Below are positions 8,293 through 15,401 of a stretch of DNA of 24,000 nt, piece after piece. Source of the DNA: Cyanobacteria bacterium MAG CAR3_bin_5. Lineage in GTDB: Bacteria > Cyanobacteriota > Cyanobacteriia > PCC-6307 > Cyanobiaceae. The stretch is taken from assembly GCA_026709085.1 (NCBI GenBank), contig JAPOTR010000048.1:1-24000 (forward strand), given 5' to 3'. The notes under the pieces were generated by a model, which was given only the letters and a program-made list of their open reading frames with translations, was not told where the DNA came from and made no database searches. Each line of letters begins with the position of its first letter. Position 1 is the stretch's first letter. The position numbers and the translations under genes are program-made.

Positions 8293-8838
8293 TCATTCCG
8301 GCTTCCCGCCGCCGTAGGGCGTATTGCCGGGAACCCAGCGTTCCCCTGCCTGGCCCAACTCTTTTTTCCAGAAGGGGGCATGGTGTTTCAGGCTTTCCAG
8401 AATGGCCTGGCAACTGGCCAGGGCCTGCCCGCGCCCGTCCCCTGCCGTGGCCACCAGCACGATGGGATCCCCCACCGCCACGGCGCCCACCCGGTGCCAC
8501 ACCAGGGCCGCGCCGGCGCCGTGGCGTTCCAGTTCCTCGCGACAGATGGTGTTGAGCATGGTTTCCGTCATGCCCGGGTAATGTTCCAGCCAAAGGCTCC
8601 GCAGGAGTGCGCCATCCACGCCGGCGCCCCGCACCCGACCGATGAACTGGGCCTGGGCCGCATCCCTGCGCCCCCAGTCCGACAATGCCGCCAGGGGATC
8701 AAAGGGGCGATCCAGCAGTCGGACGGCAACGTTCACGGAATCACTGGCGCTTGGGGGCATGGGCAGAGTAGCCCGCCTCATCCGATAAGACTTGCGTAGC
8801 AGGAGTTCCTTCCGGTCTTGCCCGTTGCTTGAAGCCAT
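8293..8838 (-). CDS. moaE: molybdopterin synthase catalytic subunit
   Basis: LEHYPGMTE, VWHRVG...GDPIV and HAPFWKKE match MoaE. The true start may be an internal Met (8781 or 8760), because MoaE is usually about 150 aa. Confidence 0.85.
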   Translation of the reverse strand: MASSNGQDRKELLLRKSYRMRRATLPMPPSASDSVNVAVRLLDRPFDPLAALSDWGRRDAAQAQFIGRVRGAGVDGALLRSLWLEHYPGMTETMLNTICREELERHGAGAALVWHRVGAVAVGDPIVLVATAGDGRGQALASCQAILESLKHHAPFWKKELGQAGERWVPGNTPYGGGKPE

Positions 8839-8871
8839 CCTCTCAGCGATCCGGGCAAACCGGCTGGGTGT

Positions 8872-9036
8872 TCAGGGGAGCTTGGACAAGCAGGCTTCAA
8901 ACAGTCGGTCCATCTTGGCCTCCAGCCTGCCCGGTCCGTCTTTCAGTTCGTCAAACCGCTTGTCCAGCTTGTTCCACAGGAAGATCAGGACGGTGACGCC
9001 CACACCGGCCCAGACGCCCAGCGCAGTCACGATCAT
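8872..9036 (-). CDS. possible 54-aa single-pass membrane peptide (hypothetical)
   Basis: Hand translation gives MIVTALGVWAGVGVTVLIFLWNKLDKRFDELKDGPGRLEAKMDRLFEACLSKLP with a TGA stop at 8872-8874. It is below the ORF-track size cutoff. It looks more protein-like than the Ser-rich antisense ORF 8792..9190. Confidence 0.25.
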   Translation of the reverse strand: MIVTALGVWAGVGVTVLIFLWNKLDKRFDELKDGPGRLEAKMDRLFEACLSKLP

Positions 9037-9610
9037 CAACAGCGTTGGGCAACGGCGGGCATCGGACTGGCTGGCATATGGGAATAGCCTACATCTGAAT
9101 TACGCAAGCGATCCGGAGATGACGGTTGGATTGTTGAGTATGGAATCGTGCCTGTTCCCATTGGAAGCAGTACAGCGAACCCCCGGTTAATCGCTGGAGT
9201 TCTTTGTATTTTAAGGCACGGATGTTATAAGCACAATCATTCCGGACTGCCGTGGAGCCTATCTGTGGCTGCCGTGAATCGGTCCTCACCTGCCCCGCCT
9301 ATGGGGCAGGACGCGCCAGGACTCCGATCATGACTTCTGATCCAGAAGGAAGAGTGATGGCCAAGCGGATGCCATCAGGCCAACGGGACGGGACGACACC
9401 GCATCCCGCTCCTCTCCTGCTCCCTTTCCCCCTTGCTGTTGTCTTGCGTCTTGTTCACCCTGATGCGCTCCCAGTCTTCAGCCGTCGCCCCACAGCAGCC
9501 ATGCTGCATCCTGCTCCTGCGGGGGGCCGCTATTCAACGATGGCGGGAAAACCCGACTCCCCCGGTTTATCAGGTCATGAGCTTAGGATTGTCAGCACAT
9601 CTTTCTTGTT

Positions 9611-10741
9611 ATGACCAGTGGCATCGGCATCCGCACAGCCACGTCGGCCCACGGGCGCACCCGCGGTCAGTTGCACATCTACGACGGCGAAGGCAAGGGT
9701 AAGAGCCAAGCGGCCCTGGGGGTGGTGTTGCGCACCATTGGCCTGGGGATTTGCGAGCAGCAAAACACCCGGGTGCTGCTGCTGCGCTTCTTGAAGGGAC
9801 CGGGTCGCGCCTACGATGAAGACGCTGCCATCGAAGCGCTGCAGCAAGGGTTTCCCCATCTCATCGACCAGGTGCGCACCGGACGGGCGGAGTTTTTCTC
9901 CGCTGACGAGGTGACGGCATTCGACCGCCAGGAAGCCCAGCGGGGTTGGGACATTGCCAAGGGGGCCCTGGCCAGTTGTCTCTACTCGGTCCTGGTGCTG
10001 GATGAGCTGAATCCCGTGCTGGACCTGGGCCTTCTGGACAAGGACCAAGTGATCAAAACCATGGGACAGATGCCCGCCGACGTGGAAGTCATTGCCACCG
10101 GCCGCGGGGCGCCGCGGGAATTGACCCGCCTGGCGGACCTCCATTCGGAAATCTGCCCCCATCAGCACCAACCCACCGGCGATCACCGGATCGGGGGAAT
10201 CGAGATCTACACCGGCGAAGGCAAGGGGAAGTCCACCAGTGCGCTGGGCAAGGCGCTCCAGGCCATCGGGCGGGGCATCAGCCAGGACACCAGCCACCGG
10301 GTATTGATCCTGCAGTGGCTCAAGGGTGGGCAGGGCTACACGGAAGATGCCGCCATTGATGCCTTGCGCCAGAGCTACCCCCACCTGGTGGATCATCTGC
10401 GCAGTGGACGGGATGCCATTGTCTGGCGCGGTCAGCAGCAACCCATTGATTACGTGGAAGCGGAGCGGGCCTGGGAAATTGCCCGGGCCGCCATCAGCAG
10501 TGGCCTCTACAAAACGGTGATCCTTGATGAGCTGAATCCCACCGTGGACCTGGAGTTGTTGCCGGTGGACCCCATCGTGCAAACCCTGCTGCGCAAACCC
10601 AAGTTCACGGAAGTGGTCATCACGGGGCGCTGCAAGAACACCCCTTCCTACTTTGCCCTGGCCAATATCCACTCCGAGATGGTGTGCCACAAGCATTACG
10701 CCCAGCAGGGGATGAGCCTGAAACGGGGGGTGGATTACTGA
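9611..10741 (+). CDS. cobO: cob(I)yrinic acid a,c-diamide (cob(I)alamin) adenosyltransferase, tandem two-domain CobA/CobO form
   Basis: 376 aa with two homologous halves, each with a P-loop-like motif (YDGEGKGKSQAALG and YTGEGKGKSTSALG) and DELN. Only the second half ends with the CobA-type tail KHYAQQGMSLKRGVDY. An in-frame stop at 9584 fixes the ATG at 9611 as the start. Confidence 0.88.
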   Translation: MTSGIGIRTATSAHGRTRGQLHIYDGEGKGKSQAALGVVLRTIGLGICEQQNTRVLLLRFLKGPGRAYDEDAAIEALQQGFPHLIDQVRTGRAEFFSADEVTAFDRQEAQRGWDIAKGALASCLYSVLVLDELNPVLDLGLLDKDQVIKTMGQMPADVEVIATGRGAPRELTRLADLHSEICPHQHQPTGDHRIGGIEIYTGEGKGKSTSALGKALQAIGRGISQDTSHRVLILQWLKGGQGYTEDAAIDALRQSYPHLVDHLRSGRDAIVWRGQQQPIDYVEAERAWEIARAAISSGLYKTVILDELNPTVDLELLPVDPIVQTLLRKPKFTEVVITGRCKNTPSYFALANIHSEMVCHKHYAQQGMSLKRGVDY

Positions 10742-10835
10742 GCCCTTGGCTTCCCCGGGCATGAAACGCACCCTCCACTGAAACCACGGGAACCGCCCTG
10801 GTGCTCATAGCCGTGGCGAGCTCGGGGCTCGGGCA

Positions 10836-11297
10836 TCATGGGGGAGCGGTTGGCGGACGGCAACGTTGGATGTCATCACCTGGAATGACGCGGGATGGAG
10901 CGGGGCTGTATCCGGCCAGGCGCCGGGCAAGATGGTCCCGCAGACGATCATCCACCTCGTAGGCGGTCATGTCCAGGGATCCGAAGCCAAAGCCGCCCGT
11001 CAGCCGGCGGTAGAGAAACCACAGGCGCGTGCCCCCTGCCCGCCCCTGCATCCAATAGACGGCAGGCGTCATGAACCGGGCAAGCTGGTCTTTGCCTGTC
11101 CTTGCCCTGCGCTTCCCCGTGACGATGGGCGCCTGCTCCTGGGGCATGGTGTCTGCAAGGTTCAGTTGGAGCATCCAAGATTCCCACTGCGGCAGAACAA
11201 TACCAATCGTCTCATGCAAACTGGCGGCAATGCCTTGCCGGCTATTCCCCTCGCAGCAACTGAAGTTGCTGCTGCAGAACGCGCTCGAAATCAACAC
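10836..11297 (-). CDS. hypothetical ORF downstream of the endonuclease remnant; either a separate small gene (Met at 11174 or 11147) or a frame-displaced C-terminal part of the endonuclease
   Basis: It lies in the same frame as the first two endonuclease fragments. The protein-like stretch is GIVLPQWESWMLQL...TRLWFLYRRL...LDMTAYEVDDRLRDHLARRL. No family was confidently recognised. Confidence 0.35.
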   Translation of the reverse strand: MLISSAFCSSNFSCCEGNSRQGIAASLHETIGIVLPQWESWMLQLNLADTMPQEQAPIVTGKRRARTGKDQLARFMTPAVYWMQGRAGGTRLWFLYRRLTGGFGFGSLDMTAYEVDDRLRDHLARRLAGYSPAPSRVIPGDDIQRCRPPTAPP

Positions 11298-12035
11298 GGG
11301 TTACAGCGTCTGCCGCCAGGAGTCTCTCGCTGGATGCCTCCAGAGTCAACACTTCCCAATGACCGCGGATAAGCTGTCCGTCCTGCAGTTCGGGAACCAG
11401 CCACACCACGTCACCGGCATCCAGATCCTGACTGGGTTGTACCGATGGCCCCCCAAGGGCCGCGAAGAACGGACGATCTACGGCCACAGCAATCTTGGAA
11501 TGCCACCGGCGTAAGGTCGGCCCCTTGATCTGCAACTGGGGCATCAGCCGCTTGGCGCTGGATGACCGCCAATTCGGCCGACGCTCTCCATGCCCGCCCC
11601 GGAAAAATAGACGGCCTGCACTTCCAGACCAAACCATCTCAGCCCTTGACGCCGGGAGGCGATCACCAAATCAATTTTACCGGCCGGTTTCCCCGTGGTT
11701 GTGCTGCGCATGAACGGAACCTCCCGGGCCAGCAGCACGTCATCCGGTTGGAACCCGACAATGTCGGCCAGCCATCGAGTCACCATCCTGTCCTGCTCAA
11801 AGCGTGTGGGGCAGACAATGACGGGTTCACCAGCGACGCCACTGATGCGCTGCTCTGCCTCGCGCTAAGGTTGGATAGAGCACACGCCACCCCGTTTGTT
11901 GCACACCATCGGACGGAACGGACAGGTTGGCGGCGCCGCCTCTGCCATGGCGATTGCTGCATAGGCACGGCGCTCAGCCGGGGACAACGACAGCAGCGGT
12001 CGGCCGTACCATTCACCAATTCCGTAACGGCTCAT
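11242..12035 (-). pseudogene. NotI-family-like type II restriction endonuclease, disrupted by an in-frame TAG and at least one frameshift
   Basis: The ATG at 12035 overlaps the methyltransferase stop (ATGA). The N-terminus MSRYGIGEWYGRPLL...PTCPF...CNKRGGVCSIQP is Cys-rich like NotI. A TAG lies at 11865-11867 and the same frame continues as ...VIVCPTRFEQD...GKIDLVIAS...WFGLEVQAVYFSG (a D...ExQ core like NotI EIQTMDFHGSY). That frame stops at 11544. Coding then continues in another frame (11637..11242): KGPTLRRWHSKIAV...VVWLVPELQD. Confidence 0.6.
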
Positions 12036-12997
12036 GAGAATAAGGAGTCGCGGGTGATAACCAGTTCAGGAATGCGGGCGTGATGTCCGTTTTTCATGTC
12101 AACGACTACAGCGTGGAAGTGGTGTTCCCGAATGAGTTCAACCACCTGGGAGGAATAATCGTAGGTCATCAGGAAATCAGCATGACTGCGGGCCAGCGTA
12201 TGGAAAATCCGTGCATGGTCAACGGTGTTGTGCCTGTAGAGACGAGAACCGGCTCGCTTCCCGCCGGCAGCGGTGTAGGGCGGGTCCACGAAGAACTTGG
12301 TCTCCGGGTAATCTGCAAAGGTGTCCAGCATGCCCACGCCGTTACCCTCGTAAAACAACAACCGGTCAGCATGACGGGCGATGTCTCGAAGCCGCTTGGC
12401 CAGGGTGTCGGGATACCAACGGGAGCAGAGACCGCCGCCATTCTCGCCGTGGCGTGTCAGGGATGCCCCAGGCGCCAAAACGCCGCCCCGTCGTGTGCGA
12501 TTCAGCACCAGTGTGCGGAAACCATGGTCCAGTACAGACTGGGGCGCTTGCCGGGCAAGCTGTTCCACCCCGTCCCGGTCCGGTGAGAAGGCAAGAATCC
12601 GGGCGATCAGATCCTCTGAATGATCGAGGGCAGCACGCCAGAATGCTGATACATCCCGGTCAAGATCCACCATGAGGGCGCGATTGGCGCGCCCTTCCAT
12701 GACAGACGTCAGGGACACAATCCCGCCCCCGGCAAATGGTTCCATCAACAGGGGCGTGGGTGGACCATCACCCAACCACTTGCGGATGTGGGGAATCAGC
12801 CATGTTTTTCCGCCAGGGTAACGCAGGGGGCTCCGCTGGGGAACGCTGGCAACGTTCACGGCAGGCAGCGCTGACCTGTCAAACTCCTGAGCTATACCAC
12901 TCCTTTCCATCACTGGCGGAGCCGATGAAATCGCCCGAGTTGGCGGAGAAGGCTCCGGAGTTGTTGGCCATAGGTTGTGTTGTTCAGGGTCAATCAT
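12032..12997 (-). CDS. D12-class (Dam-like, alpha-group) DNA methyltransferase, probably N6-adenine
   Basis: 321 aa and intact. It has PLRYPGGK, the EPFAGGG SAM-binding motif and a C-terminal FVDPPY catalytic motif. Its ATG at 12997 overlaps the upstream ORF's stop; an alternative Met is at 12910. Confidence 0.88.
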   Translation of the reverse strand: MIDPEQHNLWPTTPEPSPPTRAISSAPPVMERSGIAQEFDRSALPAVNVASVPQRSPLRYPGGKTWLIPHIRKWLGDGPPTPLLMEPFAGGGIVSLTSVMEGRANRALMVDLDRDVSAFWRAALDHSEDLIARILAFSPDRDGVEQLARQAPQSVLDHGFRTLVLNRTRRGGVLAPGASLTRHGENGGGLCSRWYPDTLAKRLRDIARHADRLLFYEGNGVGMLDTFADYPETKFFVDPPYTAAGGKRAGSRLYRHNTVDHARIFHTLARSHADFLMTYDYSSQVVELIREHHFHAVVVDMKNGHHARIPELVITRDSLFS

Positions 12998-13533
12998 GTC
13001 AGTTTATATTTTTGACTCTCTAACTCTAATTGTTTGATGTAGGTTTTGGTCTCGGCTATCTCGCTGCGGAAGTAGCGTGTTGGCTTGAGGCACGCCTCAA
13101 TGGTTTTCAGTTCCTGAATGGCATGCTCTAGCGACTCGGCTGGTTTTGTACCTCTACTCTTCATTGCAGAAACGATTGCGTAGCCGCCAACTCCAAGTGC
13201 CACGACTGGCATGGCTAAGACTGTAACCCCAGCCGCCATGCCACCCCCAACAAGTGCTCCTGCCGTCGCTAAAGCTGTGGTAATTCCAGGAGCCATGAGA
13301 CCAGGTATACCCAAGCCATATAGCAAGGCAGTGGAACCTAGGCCACCCAATAAACTGCCACCAGCTGCTGCAGCCATTTCCAAGCCTGGCACATCTCTCT
13401 TGATCCGATTCAACACGGCCGTCACATCTTTCTCTGCCTCCTCCTTCATCTGCTGAACCGTTGCCTCGGGCAGGCTCCTGGGTAGGCCCAAAGCTGCCCA
13501 GGCAGAGAAATCAGAGCCTGGCATGGTCGTCAT
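12994..13533 (-). CDS. glycine/alanine-rich (glycine-zipper-like) membrane protein, hypothetical
   Basis: The likely start is the ATG at 13533 (MTTMPGSDF...); the track ORF extends to 13671 through GC-rich sequence that does not look protein-like. The central region GGSLLGGLGSTALLYGLGIPGLMAPGITTALATAGALVGGGMAAGVTVLAMPVVALGVGGYAIV is followed by a charged, coiled-coil-like tail. It is AT-richer than the adjacent methyltransferase. Confidence 0.6.
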   Translation of the reverse strand: MTTMPGSDFSAWAALGLPRSLPEATVQQMKEEAEKDVTAVLNRIKRDVPGLEMAAAAGGSLLGGLGSTALLYGLGIPGLMAPGITTALATAGALVGGGMAAGVTVLAMPVVALGVGGYAIVSAMKSRGTKPAESLEHAIQELKTIEACLKPTRYFRSEIAETKTYIKQLELESQKYKLT

Positions 13534-13679
13534 TCTGCACAAGGCGAGGTCGCATTTTACCGGATTCCCCCTCACTGCATCACCCCTGCCGCAACGCCAG
13601 CCGTCAGCCCCGCTCCACCCCTGCCCATGGGGGTAAGGCTTCTTGAGTCCGCCGATTGCCGCTCTGATCACCGCTTGGC

Positions 13680-14303
13680 GTGGCGTCCGGCCCTAAGCTG
13701 GTCCGCAGCAATCGCTTGTGTGTCCTGGTGCTTTGGCGCCCCCGACTGTCGCCACCCCCGTTGGGCGAGACGCAGCGGCTCAGTGCTGCCCAGGTGGAGG
13801 CTGCCCAGGGTCAGGTTGACGAGAACCACCTGTTGCAGCGCCTCTACGGCGTCGGCTTTGAGGAATTGCAGGTTCCCAACCCTGAGATGCGCCTGTTCCT
13901 CAGCCTGAAGCGGGAGGTGGATCTCCTGGAACTGGAGCGGATCACCACGGCAGTCGGTTGGCGTCCGCGCCCGATACGCCGGGTGCGGCGCGCCCTGCGC
14001 CACAGCCTGATGGTGGTGGGGGTCTGGCGTCATGACCCGTTTTTCCCCCGGCTGGTGGGCTTTGCCCGTTGCATCGGAGACGGGGTGATCAATGCCACGG
14101 TGTGGGACGTGGTGATCCACCCCGCCTATCAGGGAGCAGGGCTGGGGCATGGGCTCATGGCGTTTGTCGTGGGGCGACTCCGGGCCATGGGTATAGAGCA
14201 CGTCACCCTCTTTGCCGATCCCGGCGTCATCCGCTTCTATCAGAACCAGGGCTGGGAGGTGGAGCCCGATAACCAGCGCTGCTGCTTCTGGTATGCCTCC
14301 TGA
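13680..14303 (+). CDS. GNAT-family N-acetyltransferase (cyanobacterial Ycf52-like)
   Basis: The acetyl-CoA binding core is VWDVVIHPAYQGAGLGHGLMAFVV, followed by LFADPGVIRFYQNQGWE. The start is uncertain: GTG 13680, GTG 13794 or ATG 13887. Confidence 0.85.
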   Translation: MASGPKLVRSNRLCVLVLWRPRLSPPPLGETQRLSAAQVEAAQGQVDENHLLQRLYGVGFEELQVPNPEMRLFLSLKREVDLLELERITTAVGWRPRPIRRVRRALRHSLMVVGVWRHDPFFPRLVGFARCIGDGVINATVWDVVIHPAYQGAGLGHGLMAFVVGRLRAMGIEHVTLFADPGVIRFYQNQGWEVEPDNQRCCFWYAS

Positions 14304-14985
14304 GGCGGCCCCAACCCTGAGCTGGATTGTTCCTGCCCGTCAGGAAGCCGGCACGTTGGCGCTGCTGCTGGCTGACTTGCAGGACGGGCTGGTGGGGGAG
14401 GATGAGTTGATTGTCGTGGACGGGGAGAGCCGGGACGCCACCGGAACGGTGGCCCGGCTGCATGGGGCCCGTGTGGTGTCTGCCCCCCCCAGCCGTGGCG
14501 GTCAGTTGCGGCACGGGGTCTCCCAGGCCCGGGGACAGCGATTGGTGTTTATCCATGCCGATTCCCGCCTTGCCGGTGGCGCGGAATTGAGCCGGTGCCT
14601 GCGCCGGTTGCCCTCTGGTCAGGCCCGTTGTTTTCGTCTCAAGGTGGACGATCCCCATCCATGCTTCCGGGTCCTGGAACGGCTGGTGGCCCTGCGCACC
14701 ACCCTGCTGGGACTGCCCTACGGAGATCAGGGGCTGGTGCTGGACCGCCGTCTTTACGAAGCCTGTGGCGGCTTCCGGGACCTGCCCCTGATGGAGGACG
14801 TGGATCTGGTTCTGCGCCTGCGCCAGTGGGGTGGAGTGCGGCAGTTGCCCTACAGCATTCGCACCAGCGCCCGCCGCTGGCGGCGCCATGGCCTGCTGCG
14901 CACCAGTCTGCTCAACATGATCCTGATGCTGCGCTGGCTCCTGGGGGAGAAGAGCGAAACCCTCAAGCGGGACTACTACAGCTAG
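14293..14985 (+). CDS. family-2 glycosyltransferase, TIGR04283-like
   Basis: The ATG at 14293 overlaps the GNAT stop. LSWIVPARQEAGTL, ELIVVDGESRDAT and LVFIHADSRL form a GT2 DxD-type core. PYGDQGL and LPLMEDVDL are typical of the TIGR04283 group, which pairs with DUF2064. Confidence 0.8.
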   Translation: MPPEAAPTLSWIVPARQEAGTLALLLADLQDGLVGEDELIVVDGESRDATGTVARLHGARVVSAPPSRGGQLRHGVSQARGQRLVFIHADSRLAGGAELSRCLRRLPSGQARCFRLKVDDPHPCFRVLERLVALRTTLLGLPYGDQGLVLDRRLYEACGGFRDLPLMEDVDLVLRLRQWGGVRQLPYSIRTSARRWRRHGLLRTSLLNMILMLRWLLGEKSETLKRDYYS

Positions 14986-15011
14986 GGTTTCCCTGCAGCA
15001 CCAGGTCACCA

Positions 15012-15380
15012 TTGGCAACCGATACCCCCGAGGAACAGTCCGGGACCGGTTCTCCCGGCTCTGCAGAGCCCCTTGACGCCTTGGGAGGCACGGTCCTCCC
15101 CAACCATGAGCGTTGGGAGTACTGCGTCATTCACGTGAACGAGGACACGTCACAGCAGCCTTCCGCCACAGCCGCCAGCGAGAAGCTGGGGGGCTCCATG
15201 AGTCCGGATTTCATTGAGCAGCAGTTCCCCGACCAATACAGGCGCAAGCCCTCCCCTCATCCGGCGGAGCAGTTGGGCCGCTTCCTCAACAAGATGGGCG
15301 GCAAGGGCTGGATGCTCACCAACATCACCAGCCTGGGTCCCCTGCAGATGTACATCTTCCGGCGGCGCAAGTTGGGTTGA
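15012..15380 (+). CDS. DUF4177-like small protein
   Basis: The C-terminal part of track ORF 14595..15380 contains ERWEYCVIHVN ... LNKMGGKGWMLTNITSLGPLQMYIFRRR, the DUF4177 pattern. There is no in-frame ATG, so the candidate starts are TTG at 15012 or 15081. Confidence 0.45.
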   Translation: MATDTPEEQSGTGSPGSAEPLDALGGTVLPNHERWEYCVIHVNEDTSQQPSATAASEKLGGSMSPDFIEQQFPDQYRRKPSPHPAEQLGRFLNKMGGKGWMLTNITSLGPLQMYIFRRRKLG

Positions 15381-15401
15381 GGTCAACGGCCGCCGGTCGG
15401 T

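Noticed and set aside
8275-8307. Hairpin GGGAAGC...GCTTCCC between the convergent small ORF and moaE, considered as a bidirectional terminator
   Set aside because: It has no U-tract on either strand and it overlaps the 3' end of the moaE coding sequence, so there is insufficient support to annotate it.
7864-8593. ORFs 7864..8283 (-), 7896..8555 (+) and 8201..8593 (-)
   Set aside because: They give Arg/Pro/Gly-rich products overlapping moaE or the small membrane ORF. There are no motifs supporting them.
9330-9400. SRP/4.5S RNA-like string GATCCAGAAGGAAGAG
   Set aside because: It only partly resembles the GGUCCGGAAGGAAGCAGCC core. The symmetric-loop AGCA motif and a complementary 3' strand are missing.
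9037-9610. Cobalamin riboswitch upstream of cobO
   Set aside because: I looked on both strands for the B12 box (GCCACTG) and the GGTGAAAnTCC-type core and found neither. Only Infernal could rule it out formally.
9252-9614. 120-aa ORF whose stop overlaps the cobO ATG as ATGA
   Set aside because: The product is Pro/Arg/Ala-rich with no hydrophobic core pattern or motif. The overlap is most likely coincidental.
9575-10771. 398-aa minus-strand ORF
   Set aside because: It is exactly antisense to the cobO gene, which has clear duplicated family motifs. The product is low-complexity.
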